Of a stretch of DNA of 64,000 nucleotides, positions 13,101 to 25,480 are shown piece after piece; position 1 is the first letter of the stretch; every line of letters begins with the position of its first letter. The position numbers and the translations under genes were made by a program. The stretch lies in NCBI RefSeq assembly GCF_963921235.1, contig NC_086097.1:226054001-226118000 (forward strand), written 5' to 3'. This DNA is from Mobula hypostoma. Taxonomy: Eukaryota. Under the pieces are notes generated by a model. The model did no database searches. It had not been told where the DNA came from and saw nothing but the letters and a program-made list of their open reading frames with translations.

Positions 13101-13945
13101 GTTCCAAATGCTTCTTGCATTGAAGTACACGTACTTTAGCCCTTCTGCCTTTCTACCTTTACACCCTTTATTCTGCTTCTCTTTTCTCAAAGCCTCTCTA
13201 TATCTTAGATCTGGCTTTACTCCATGCACTTCTTTCACTGCTCTATCGCTCCGGGTCCCATCCTCCTTGCAAATTAGTTTAAACTCTCCCAAAGCATGCT
13301 AGTAAACCTACCTGCAAGGATGTTGCTCCCCCTCGAGTTCAGGTGCAACCCATCCAATCTGTACAGGTCCCACCTTCCCCAGAAGAGATCCCAATGATCC
13401 AAAAATCTAAAACCCTGCCCCCTGCCCCACTGTTCCAATTTATAAAACTGATATAAAAGATCCCCCATTGACCAGCCAATTGATCCTTCTTCCCCCAGTC
13501 TCTGGCATGGGGGGTTCTTCTTTGCAATAGTTAAGTCTCTGGAGCTCTCACTCCTTTGCATTTGAATCCCATAATTCTTATAGTCTTTTCTGATCAATTC
13601 AAATGTCGTGTTTTAGTCTTGTTGGCTCACGTTCTTCGACTGACCTGTGTCAGATTCCCATTCGATGTAGCCAGTGGCAACACAACCTCATGCCTTAGGT
13701 CACTTCTTTTGCTCTATTAAACTCTGGTTCAGATCAGTCAAACTGAGTCACCCAGAGACTGGGCTGAGATAATGAGATTACCTCTGCAAATCTGCCATTG
13801 TACCCAATAATCAGCTTATCTGAGAATGATCTCACGTTCAGCAGAGCAATAGCAGAAACTCCTTGTGTTCACATTCAATTGCTCTGATTAAGCTATCCCA
13901 GAACAAGAATCAGTTCATCAAATAGTTCACAAAATGGAGGTTACA
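10115..13945 (-). mobile_element. Candidate ERV-like solo LTR (10115-10292 plus ~13433-13945) split by a CR1
   Basis: On the minus strand it starts TGTAACCTCCATTTT (13945), has a TATA-like ttttataaa near 13440 and AATAAA at 10191-10186, and ends ...TCAACA (10115). No clear TSD. Confidence 0.45.
10293..13432 (-). mobile_element. CR1 LINE with complete but frameshifted ORF2 and the end of ORF1
   Basis: ORFs 13011-13292 and 11710-12948 (EN: YFNARSI, FYRP, DFNFPNIDW, SDH), 11231-11536 and 10485-11354 (RT: KFADDTKVGG). Esterase end FLDHWDLFWGRWDLYRLDGLHLN. Confidence 0.95.
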
Positions 13946-14059
13946 GAGCAGCTTGACAAAATGGCAGCCTCCATTCCTTCAAGCACATGGCAAGAACAAA
14001 TGCATCTGGCTTGTTTGCTTCAAGTTTAATGTTGCTTTCCATATATTAATTTCTTCATG

Positions 14060-14780
14060 CCCAACAGCAAAATGCCATCGTGGTGACTCTTCTGTGGCCA
14101 TTGAAACTCTTGTCTGTCCCCCTAACTACCAAGTCTCCTATTACTATCACTCTATCTGACTTTACCCTTCCCTGCTGAATCTCAGAGCCAGGCATGATGC
14201 CACTAACCTGGCTGCTGCTATTGTACCCTGATGGGTCATCCCCTCCCACAGTAGTATCAAAGGGCTATACTTGCTTCCGAGGGGTACGGCCGCGGGGAAC
14301 CCTGCACTAATTGCTTATTCCCATTACTTTTCCTGGTGTTTACTCATCTGCTATCTCAAGCCTATGACCACCACAGTAAAAGTTTCATCCCCGAGATTTT
14401 CAGCTCCTGGATGTCCAGAGTACACCCAACTCCTGCTCCAATTTCTTGACCATGTCAGTTAGGAGCTGAGGTTGGATGCACTTCCTGCAGATATAGTCAC
14501 CAGGGAGGCTGTTAGGTACCCTGCAATCCCACATTTTATAGGAGAAGCATTCAATTTCCTTAACTACTATCTTGCCTACACTTGTTATACCTTTGACTCT
14601 AAATTCTTAAGCTTAAGTTCTACAATCAACAAAATGATTTCAAATGATTGAGCGCCCTTAGCCTCTGCCTGTTCTCTCTGAAGTCTGTTGAGCCAAAGTG
14701 TGACTGCTCTAACACTGGCTCACTCCAATGGCAGCCGCTCCACTTAAACCCGTTCCTTCTTATTGGCCATTGCTAAGTTA
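14060..14780 (-). mobile_element. Old CR1 5'UTR/ORF1 fragment
   Basis: RVIVIGDLVVRGTDK esterase block, collinear with ORF1 at 22885-23382. Confidence 0.72.
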
Positions 14781-15002
14781 CTAAAAACCCAAGAAATATC
14801 ACATTCAGGAGAATCCTTGGTCACTTTTTACACCTGGTGCGTAAAGTCCACAAGGAACTCTCTCCAACTCACTCCGCAATCTCCTGTTCTACTTTTCCTC
14901 TGATTCTTTCTTCAATGTACACTGTGTCAAGGAACAGCATTTAGATGATGGATACTTGGGAAGTTGGGCCATCGATGACTTTCCTCGCCCAGCCCCCAGT
15001 TA

Positions 15003-15370
15003 AATCAGAATCAGGCTTATTATTTCATGAAATTTGTTGTTTTGCAGCAGCAGTACAGTGCAATATATAACATACAATATATAAGAAATATATAAATTAA
15101 TTAAGCAGTGCAAAAAGACAGCAAAAAATAGTGAGACAGTGTTCATGGGTTCATTGAGCATTCAAAAATCTGATGACGGAGGGAAAGACACCATACCTAA
15201 AATGTTGAGTCTGTATCTTCAGGTTTTTATATCTCCTCACTGGTGGTAGTAATGAGAAAAGGGTACATCCTGGGCGGTGGGTGACCTTGACAATTAATGC
15301 TGCCTTTTTGAGGCATTGCCTTTTGAAGATGTCCTCAATGGTGGGGAGGCTAGTGGCCATGATGGAGCTT
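15003..15370 (-). mobile_element. Rex1/Babar 3' end
   Basis: SLPTIEDIFKRQCLKKAALIVK...FSLLP motif and aatcagaatcag tail. Confidence 0.85.
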
Positions 15371-16029
15371 TCACAACAAATTACACAAGCTAGAACAGTG
15401 CACGATTAAAACATTAAACAGAACTACTGCATGGACTCCAGGGACAGGCTGTGTATATGTTGCCTGCATAACATTTAACTGTTAACATGTCGGTCATCAA
15501 CAACTTGACTAACATTAGTTAAGATGTTAACTACTTAACTGATGAAAATACAATCAGAATTACTGGAGGGATTTAACTGCTGACATGTTGTTTCCATGGT
15601 GTTTAGTTTTCTCAGGGAAAGCATGAAGGACGGACATCCATTCAACATCCCTAGATTTCAATATTGTCAACGCTATCTGTCCACTTATACACACTAGATC
15701 TGAGCAGAAAATCAGTTTCCAACCAAGGAACTAGAATTCAGCAAGTCCACAACTGAAGGGTTCACTAAGAGTCCCACATCTGAAACATTAACTGATTTTT
15801 TCCAAAAATACTGCCAGACCTGCTGAAATTTTTAAAACATTTCCTAATTTTATATCATGTTCCAATGATAAATGGTTATTTAATAACTTGCCTTCTAGAT
15901 ATAAGCTCTAATTTCCATAAGGAAAATTAGTGACCTTTCTGGTTTACATATGACCTCTACTGATCACCCCCACACAGACACCAAGAACCATTCCCTCTAT
16001 TTTCCTGTGAATTGCTTCCTGTTGCACAA

Positions 16030-16369
16030 CTGGTGGTGGTTGTTTGTCCACTATGTCCAATGATGACAGAAGATCTGTACAGGAGAGATTTTAAGGTGGA
16101 AAAGATGTTGCACTGGGGCAGTTCCACTCAACCTCAGAAGTCTTGGTCTAGTAGTACAAACAAGCGTCACAAACCGGGGTTTTCCTCTGTTGCAGTGGAT
16201 GACATCTAAAGTGCCTTGTCATGCCTATTACTCTCTATGGAGTATTGCAGTACTGCCTTTCTGGCTGTTGGATCTCACTGTACATCTCATCTGTCCAGTC
16301 CGCCAGAGCTGACTTCACATACTTGGACAGGCATGTCCCTATCTCACCGGGGTATGAGGCCTGCCAGCT
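16030..16369 (-). mobile_element. Short non-autonomous retroelement, probably RTE-related
   Basis: (acc)n-like tail at 16031-16045 and no ORF. The RTE-UTR resemblance is from recollection only. Confidence 0.4.
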
Positions 16370-16905
16370 AGAACCATAGAACACTACAGCACAGAAAACA
16401 GGCCATTCAGCCCTTCTAGTCTGTATGGAAACTTTATTCCGCTAGTCCCATTTACCTGCACCCAGTCCATAACCCTCCAGACCTCTTCCATCCATGTACC
16501 TATCAAATTTATTCTTAAAACTTAAGAGTGAGCCCACATTTACCACGTCAGATGGCAGCTTGTTCCACACTCCCACCACTCTGAGTAAAGAAGTTCCCCC
16601 TAATGTTCCCCCTAAACCTTTCCCCTTTCACCTTAAAGCCATGTCCTCTCATATTTATCTCTCCTAATCTAAGTGGAAAGAGCCTACTCGCATTTACTCT
16701 GTCTATACCCCTCATAATGTTGTAAACCTCTATCAAATACCCCCTCATTCTTCTACACTCCAAGGAATAAAGTCCTAACCTGTTCAATCTTTCCCTGTAA
16801 CTTAACTCCTGAAGACCTGGCAGCGTCCTAGTAAATCTTCTCTGCACTCTTCCAATCTTACTGATATCCTTCCTATAGTTAGGTGACCAGAACTGCACAC
16901 AATAC

Positions 16906-17565
16906 GTCTTCTATATATTGGCGAGACCCGATGCAGACTGGGAGATCGTTTTGCTGAACATCTACGCTCTGTCTGCCAGAGAAAGCAGGATCTCCCAGTG
17001 GCCACACATTTTAATTCCACATCCCATTCCCATTCTGATATGTCTATCCGCGGCCTCCTCTACTGTAAAGATGAAGCCACACTCAGGTTGGAGGAACAAC
17101 ACCTTATGTTCCGTCTGGGTAGCCTCCAACCTGATGGCATGAACATTGACTTCTCTAACTTCTGCTAATGCCCCACATCCCCCTCGTACCCCATCTGTTA
17201 TTTATTTATATACACACATTCTTTCTCTCTCTCTCCTTTTTCTCCCTCTGTCCCTCTGACTATACCCCTTGCCCATCCTCTGGGTTCCCCCCCTTCCCCT
17301 TTTCCTTCTCCGTGGACCTCCTGTCTCATGATCCTCTCATATTCCTTTTGCCAATCACCTGTCCAGCTCTTGTCTCCATCCCTCCCCCTCCTGTCTTCTC
17401 CTATCATTTTGGATCTCCCCCTCTCCCTCCCACTTTCAAATCTCTTACTAGCTCTTCCTTCAGTTAGTCCTGACGAAGGGTCTCGGCCCAAAACGTCGAC
17501 TGTACCTCTTCCTAGAGATGCTGCCTGGCCTGCTGCGTTCACCAGCAACTTTGATGTGTGTTGCA
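16906..17565 (+). mobile_element. Penelope-like element, 5'-truncated (GIY-YIG C-terminus and pLTR)
   Basis: Starts at LLYIGET and is nearly identical to 46950-47600. Confidence 0.92.
17461..17503 (+). ncRNA. Minimal type I hammerhead ribozyme motif, G12 mutated to A
   Basis: AGTC-CTGACGA-A-GGGT(CTCG)GCCC-aAAA-CG-TC-GACT. Confidence 0.7.
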
Positions 17566-18599
17566 TAATAATCCAAATTTGGCCTCAACAATATCTTATA
17601 CAACCTTACCATAACATCCCAACTCGTATACTGAATACTTTGATTTATGAATGCCAGGATGCCAAAAGCATTCTGTACAACCCTGTCTACCTGTGACGCC
17701 ACTTTCAGGGAATTATGTATCTGAACTCCCAGATCACTTTGTTCCTCCGTACTCCTCAGTGTCCTACCATTTACTGCGTACGTCCTACCTTGAGTTGTCC
17801 TTCCACAATGCAACACCTCACACTTGTCTGCATTAAATTCATTCTGTCATTTTCTGGCCCATTTTCCAGTTGCTCCAGATCCCTCTGCAAGCTTTGAAAG
17901 CCTTCCTCGCTGTCCACAACGCCTCCAAACTAGTGTCATCAGCTTACTTGTTGATCCAATTTACCACATTATCATCTAGATCATTGATATAGACAACAAA
18001 CAACAATGGTCCCAGCACAGATCCCTGAGGCACACTACTAGTCACAGGCCTCCAGTCTGATAAGCAATCATCCACTGCCACTCTGTCTTCTCCCACACAG
18101 CCAATTTCGAATCCAGTTTACAACCTGTCCATGGATACCTAGTGTCTGAACCTTCTGAACTAACCTCCATGTGGGACCTTGTCAATTGTCAAAGGCCTTA
18201 CTAAAGTCCATGTAGACAACATCCACAGCCTTTCCTTCATCTACTTTCTTGGTAACCTCCTCGAAAAACTCTACAAATTTCGTTAAACACGATCTACCAC
18301 ACACAAAGCCATGCTGACTATCCTTAATCAGCCCTTGGCTGTCCAAGTACTTGTATATCTGATCTCTCAGAATACCTACAAATAATTTACCTACTACTGA
18401 TATCAGGCTCACCGGCCTGTAATTACCTAGTTTACTTTTGGAGCCTTTTTTAAACAGCGGAACAACATAAGCTACCCTCCAATCCTCTGGCACCGCACCC
18501 GTGGATAAGGACATTTTAAATATTTCTGCCAGGGCCCCTGCAATTTCTACACCAGTCTCTCTCAAAGTCCGAGGAACTATCATGTCAGACCCGGGGAAT

Positions 18600-21015
18600 T
18601 ACATAGAATAGTATAGCACAGTACAGGCCCTTCGGCCCACATTTTTGTGCTAACCCTCAAATCCTGCCTCCAAAATAACCCCCCCCCCCGCCACCTGTGA
18701 CTCTATTTTGAAAAGGAAGTAGAACATAGAACATAGAACAGTACAGCACAGTACAGGCCCAACGGCCCAAAATGTTGTGTCAACCCTCAAACCCTGCCTC
18801 CCATATAAGCCCCCACCTTAAATTCCTCCATATACCTGTCTAATAGTCCCTTAAATTTCACTAGTGCATCTGCCTCCACCACTGACTCAGGCAGTGTATT
18901 CCACACACCAACCACTCTGAGTAAAACACCTTCCTCTAATATCCCCCTTGACCTTTCCACCTCTTACCTTAAAGCCATGTCCTCATGTATTGAGCAGTGG
19001 TGCCCTGGGGAAGAGGCGCTGGCTGTCCACTCTATCTATTCCTCTTATTATCTTGTGCACCTCTATCATGTCTCCTCTCATCCTCCTTCTCTCCAATGAG
19101 TAAAGCCCTAGCTCCCTTAATCTCTGATCATAATCTATACTCTCTAAACCAGGCAGCATCCTAGTAAATCTCCTCTGTACCCTTTCCAATGCTTCCACAT
19201 CCTTCCTATAGTGAGGTGACCAGAAATGGACACAGTACTCCAAGTGTGGCCTAACCAGAGTTTTATAGAGCTGCATCATTACCTCGCAACTCTTAAACTC
19301 TATCCCTTGACTTATAAAAGCTAACACCCCATAAGCTTTCTTAACTACCCTATCTACCTGTGATGCAACTTTCAGGGATCTGTGAACATGTACCCCCAAA
19401 TCCCTCTGCTCTTCCACACTACCAAGTATCCTGCTATTTACTTTGTATTCTGCCTTGGAGTTTGTCCTTCCAAAGTGAACCATCTTACACTTCTCCGGGT
19501 TGAACACCATCTACCAATTCTCAGCCCACTTCTGCAACCTATCAATGTCTCTCTGCAATCTTTGACAATCCTCTACACTATCTACAACACCACCAACATT
19601 TGTGTCGTCTGCAAACCTGCCAACCCACCCTTCTACCCCAATATCCAGGTCGTTAATAAAAATCACAAAAAGTAGAGGTCCCAGAACAGATCCTTGTGGG
19701 ACACCACTAGTCACAACCCTCCAATCTGAATGTACTCTCTCCACCACGACCCCCTCCCTACTGCAGGCAAGCCAATTCTAAATCCACCTGGCCAAACTTC
19801 CCTGGATCTCATGCCAACTGACTTTCTGAATAAGCCTACCATGTGGAACCTTGTCAAATGCCTTACCAGAATCCATATAGATCACATCCACTGCACTACC
19901 CTCATCTATACGATGGTCACCTCCTCAAAGAACTCTATCAGGCTTGTTAGACATGATCTGCCCTTCACAAATCTATGCTGACTGTCCCTGATCAGACCAC
20001 GATTCTCTAATGCCCATAGATCCTATCTCTAAGAATCTTTTCCAACAGCTTTCCCACCACAGACGTAAAGCTCGCTGGTCTATAATTACCCAGACTATCC
20101 CTACTACCTTTTTTGAACAAGGGGACAACATTCGCCTCCCTCCAATCTGCCGGTACCATTCCCGTGGACAACGAGGACATAAAGATCCTAGCCAGAGGCT
20201 CAGCAATCACTTCCATCACCTCGTGGAGCAGCCTGGGGAATATTCCGTCAGGCCCTGGGGACTTATCCATCCTTATGTATTTTAACAACTCCAATACCTC
20301 CTCTTCCTTAATATCAACATGCTCCAGAACATCAACCTCACTCATATTGTCCTCACCATCATCAAGTTCCCTCTCATTGGTGAATACCAAAGAGAAGTAT
20401 TCATTGAGGACCTTGCTCACTTCCACAGCCTCCAGGCACATCTTCCCACCTTTATCTCTAATCGGTCCTACCTTCACTCCTGTCATTCTTTTGTTCTTCA
20501 CAGAATTGAAGAATGCCTTGGGGTTTTCCTCTACCCTACTCGCCAAGGCCTCTCATGCCCCCTTCTTGCTCTTCTCAGCCCCTTCTTAAGCTCCTTTCTT
20601 GCTACCCTATATTCCTTAATAGACCCATCTGATCCCTGCTACCTAAACCTCATGTATGCTGCCTTCTTCCACCTGACTAGATTTTCCACCTCACTTGTCA
20701 CCCATGGTTCCTTCACCCTACCATTCTTTATCTTCCTCACCGGGACAAATTTATCCCTAACAACCTGCAAGAGATCTCTAAACATCAGCCACATGTCCAT
20801 AGTACATTTTCCTGCAAAAACATCATCCCTATTCACACCCGCAAGTTCTAGCCTTATAGCCTCATAATTTGCCCTTCCCCAATTAAAAATTTTCCTGTCC
20901 TCTCTGATTTTATCCTTTTCCATGATAATGCTAAAGGTCAGGGAGCGGTGGTCACTGTCCCCCAGATGCTCACCCACTGAGAGATCTGTGACCTGACCCA
21001 GTTCGTTACCTAATA
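18600..21015 (-). mobile_element. Composite CR1 insertion: 2.3-kb 5'-truncated CR1, ~25 bp captured flank, and a second ~97-bp CR1 3' end
   Basis: Same family as 10293-13432 (ORFs 18983-19510, 20007-20546). Two tails, at 18600 and 18720. Confidence 0.9.
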
Positions 21016-22443
21016 TTATCTACCTTTATTTGCTGTAAGGCAGCAAGCACCTCCTCCTCTTTAATCTCTATATGTTCCATGACACTACTGCTTGTTTTCC
21101 TTCGTTCCATATACACTATGCCAGTTTCCTGAGTAAATACTGATGCAAGAAAACTGTTTAAGATATTCCCCATCTCATGAGGCTCCACACATAGATGACC
21201 ACTCTGATCTTCTAGGGGACCAATTTTGTCTCTTACTATCCTTTTACTCTTAATATACTTGTAGAAACCCTTCGTGTTGACCTTCACATTATCTGCCAAA
21301 GCAACCTCATGCCTTCTTTTTGCTTTCCTGATTTCCTTCTTTGGTATTTTCTTACATTTTCTATACTCTTCAAGTACCTCATTTGTTCCTTGTTGCCTGT
21401 ACCTGCTATACACCTCTCTCTTTTTCTTAACCAGATCGCCAATATTCCTTGAAAACCAAGCTTCCCTATGCCCGTTAACTTTGCCTTTAATCCTGGTAGG
21501 AACATGCAAACTCTGCTCTCTCAAAATTTCACCTTTGAAGGCCTTCCGCTTACTGAACACACCCTTGCAGAAAACAACTTATCCCAATCCACTCTTCCGA
21601 GATCCTTTCCTATTTCCACAAAATTGGCCCTTCTCCAATTTAGAACCTCAACTCGAGGACCAGACCTATCCTTATCCATAATTAACTTGAAACTAATGAT
21701 ATTATGATCACTGGACCCAAAATATTCACTTACACATACTTCTGTCACCCGACCTGTCTGGTTCCCTAATAGGAGATCAAGTATTGCATCCTCTCTTAGG
21801 TATCTCTATATACAGTATTGATTTAGAAAACTTTCCTGAACACATTTGACAAACTCCAAGCCATCCAGCCCTTTCACAGTGTGGGAGTCCCAGTCAATAT
21901 GTGGAAAGTTAAAATCCCCTACTATTACAACTTTCTGTTTTTTACATCAGTCTGCTATCTCTCTATAGATTTGCTCCTCCAATTCTCTCTGACTATCGGG
22001 CGGTCTATAATACAACCCTATTAGGGTGGTCACACCTTTTCCGTTCCTCAGCTCCATCCATATGGCCTCTGTAGACAAGCCCTCCGGGCTGTCCTGTCTA
22101 TGCACAGCTGTGGTATTTTCCCTGACTAGTAATGCCACTCCTCCCCCTTTCATCCCTCCCTCTCTATCATGTCTGAAAAAACGAAACCCTGGAACTTTAA
22201 GCTACCAGTCCTGCTCCTCCTGCAACCAAGTCTCACTAATAGCAATAATGTCATAATCCCACATGCCAATCCACACCCAAAACTCATCTGCAATACTCCT
22301 TGCATTGAAATAGATGCACCTGAGAACATTTCTATCACATACAAACCTTTGATTTCTGTCTATACATGCAGTCCTCACATGACCTTTATCCTCCTCCACC
22401 TCACTATCTGCTCTAACACTCTGGTTCCCCTCCCCCTGCAAAT

Positions 22444-23382
22444 CTAGTTTAAACCCCCCGGAGCAGCACTAGCAAATCTACCCATAAGGATCTTAGTCCC
22501 CCTCCAGTTCAGATGCAAACCTTCCCATCGGAACAGGTCCCACCTTCCCTGGAACAAAGCCCAATTGTCCAGAAAGATGAAGCTCTCCCTCCTGCCCCAT
22601 CTCCTTAGCCACATATTTAGTTGCATTATCTTCCTAATTCTACCCTCACTAGCACATGGCACAGGTAGTAATCCTGAGATTGCAACCGTGGAGGTCCTGT
22701 CCTTCAACTTTGCACCTAACTGCCTAAACTCTCTTTGCAGGACCTCCTCCTTCCTACCCACATAATTGGTCCCTACATGGACCACGACATCCGGCTGCTC
22801 ACCCTTCCCCTTGAGAATACCGAGAACTCGATCTGAGATATCACAGACCCTGGCACCAGGGAGGAAACAGGCCATCCGGGATTCTCAATCTCTCCCACAG
22901 AACCTCTTATCTGTACCCCTAACTATTAAATCCCCTATCACTACTGCTCTCCTCTTTTCCCTCCTTCCTTTCTGAGCTGAGGGTCCAGTCTCGGTGCCAG
23001 AGACGCAACCACTACAACTTGTCCCTGGTAGGTTGTCCCCACCAACAGTATCCAAAGCAGTATACTTATTGTTGATGGGAATGGCCACAGGGGTGCTCTG
23101 CTCTTTCTGTCTATTCCCCTTCCATCTCCTGACAGTCACCCAGCTACCTGCCTCCTGACTTTTAGGGGTGACTGTCTCTCTGAAACTCCTGTCTATTTCT
23201 GCCTCTGGCTCACAAATGATCCAAAGTTCATCCAGCTCCAGCTCCAGTTCCCTAACTCGGTTTGTCAGGAGCTGCAGCTGGATGCACCTTTTACAGGTGT
23301 AGTCATCAGGAACAATTGTGCTGTCCCTGACTTCCCACATACTGCATGCAGAGAACTCAACTGCCCAAACTGCTGCCTCCAT
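22444..23382 (-). pseudogene. CR1 ORF1 (Cys zinc-finger/leucine zipper plus SGNH-type esterase), disrupted
   Basis: CSMWE...YTCKRCIQLQLLTNRVRELELEL, VVIGDLIVRG, VVVHVGTN, EGLHLN. Confidence 0.88.
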
Positions 23383-23406
23383 TACCTACTCCTAAATTAA
23401 TAACCG

Positions 23407-23549
23407 GCCCCAGCCCCAGCCCCAGCCCCAGCCCCAGCCCCAGCCCCAGCCCCAGCCCCAGCCCCAGCCCCAGCCCTAGCCCTAGCCCTAGCCCTAGCCC
23501 TAGCCCTAGCCCTAGCCCTAGCCCTAGCCCTAGCCCTAGCCCTAGCCCT
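23407..23549. repeat. Compound hexamer microsatellite (GCCCCA)11 then (GCCCTA)12
   Basis: Read directly from the sequence; it lies in the CR1 5'UTR. Confidence 0.97.
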
Positions 23550-23799
23550 CCACTCCTACCCTGAGCCACTCCTCTTCAGTTACCCCTCCTTTTATTTGTC
23601 CCTGCCAATTATCTCAAGTACTCACTCCCTCTAATCAACTAATCAACACTCTGTTTAACCCTTCAGTTGCCCTCCACGCTCCTTTTAAAGCACACTCACC
23701 TCAGCTCCTCAGCTGCTTCCCAGCACTCAGCACTCTCCCGAGCCCCTCGCTCCTCCTCCTGCTGCGACAGTCCCGCGATTCCACAGCTACCCTCATTGT

Positions 23800-24370
23800 G
23801 CCGTGCTTGTTGTAACACTGAGGAGGTCACAGGCAGAAAGTTCAGAGTGGGATGCTGAATTAATATGGCAGGTAATCAGAAGCCCAGGGTCTTTCCTACA
23901 GACTGAGCCCAGGAGGTCCACAAAGCCATCACCCATTCTGCATTTGGCTTCTCCAATGTAGAGAATGCCACATTGTGAACATGAAATATAGTATACTATT
24001 TTAGAAGATCTGCAAGACCTGCTTCACATGGGAAAGATGTTTTGCTCCCTAGATGTGGGAATAGAAAGGATAAAATAGCAGGTGTTGAACCTTCTATGGT
24101 AGCAGAAGGAAGGACCAAAAGATGGGGAGAAGTAGGTGAGGGTCGAAGAGGGTAAGGAATCTTAAAGGGAGCAATCTTTTCAAAATGCTGATAGGGAAGG
24201 GGGTGTGTTGTTTGTCTGCTGGTGGAATCTTGCTGGAGCTGGACAAAAATTGCAAAGAATTATCTGTTGAATGCAGGTTTTGGTAGGATGGAAGATTACA
24301 ATCTGGGGAACACTGCTCTTCTTTTATCTTGGAGGAGAATAGGTGAGGACAGAAGTGCAGAAAATAAATG
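23800..24370 (-). mobile_element. Old Penelope-like GIY-YIG fragment
   Basis: Minus strand reads CGILYIGEAKCRMGDG, a degenerate match to 46747-47208. Confidence 0.7.
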
Positions 24371-24584
24371 AAATGAGGAAGGAATTGAAACTGGCACCAA
24401 GTTTCTCAATATGCTAACAAGATTAGAATAGATGCTACCTGTCTCAGGCTCAACCCTTCACATTCTGTCCAGATTTAATTCCAGCAATGAGATGAAACAG
24501 TTCTCATATTTAACTTATTTCCAGATCGGTCAATATCCTCTGAGATTTTGGATATATAATTTCTGTGACTCTGTTTTGAAAAGG

Positions 24585-24953
24585 AAATAGAACATAGAAC
24601 ATAAAATAGTACAGCACAATACAGGCCCTTTGGCCCACAATGTTGTGCCGACCCTCAAACCCTGCCTCCCATATAACCCCCCACCTTAAATTCCTCCATA
24701 TACCTCTCTAGTAGTCTCTTAAATTTCACTAGTGTATCTACCTCCACCACTGACTCAGGCAGTGCATTCCACGCACCAACCACTCTCTGAGTAAAAAACC
24801 TTCCTCTAATATCCCCCTTGAACTTCCCACCCCTTACCTTAAAGCCATGTCCTCTTGTATTGAGCAGTGGTGCCCTAGGGAAGAGGCGTTGGCTGGCCAC
24901 TCTATCTATCCCTCTTAATACCTTGTATACCTCTATCATGTCTCCTCTCATCC
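24585..24953 (-). mobile_element. CR1 3' fragment
   Basis: ORF 24655-24951. aaatag at both ends is a probable TSD. Confidence 0.92.
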
Positions 24954-25255
24954 TAAATAGGGATCTGTTTAAAATGACAAAATAAGATTACTATTTCCAA
25001 ATTCTCAATATTAACGCTTCTTGAACATCACAAATACTCAATCACTGTAGCCACAGATCCTATCAGATTTTACAAAGGTTTCATTACTAAAAATGAAATT
25101 ATATGTTGAGTTTAAGAATTCTGTTGCTGTTAATCTTCAGTATTGGGAGTTTTATAATTATCAAAGCCATATGTAGTTGTACCAATAAGGGGTGCAAGAT
25201 ATTTGGTTGAATTGATAAACTGAGAGCTCTTCCCATTATTTGTTAATTGTAGTGT

Positions 25256-25480
25256 CCATAGAGTCATAAAACACAACAGAACAGAAACAAACCCTTCAGC
25301 CCATCTAGTCCTTGCCATATTCTTAATCTGCCCAGTCCCATCAACCTGCACCCCGACTATCACCCTCCATACCCTTCCCAACCATGTGCCTATCCAAACT
25401 TTCCTTGAATGTTGAAATCAAAGCCACGTCCACCACTTCCACTGGCAGCTCGTTCTCACCATCCTCTGAATGAAGAAGTT
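25256..25480 (-). mobile_element. CR1 3'UTR fragment
   Basis: catagagtcata tail and CR1 3'UTR-like sequence. Confidence 0.72.

Larger units (their letters stand above)
16370..23780 (-). mobile_element. Full-length CR1 LINE (5'UTR, ORF1, ORF2, tail) interrupted at 16906-17565 and 18600-21015
   Basis: ORF2 text runs ...LQQIKVD (~21016) then SPG-DMIVPRTLRETG (~18598) across the insertion. EN at 21.5-22.4 kb, ORF1 at 22.4-23.4 kb, tail at 16370. Confidence 0.88.

Noticed and set aside
23473..23549. Interstitial telomere
   Set aside because: The unit is CTAGGG throughout, with no TTAGGG units.
23357..23569. ORFs encoding (GL)n and (SP)n peptides
   Set aside because: Translations of the hexamer microsatellite, with no sign of a real gene.
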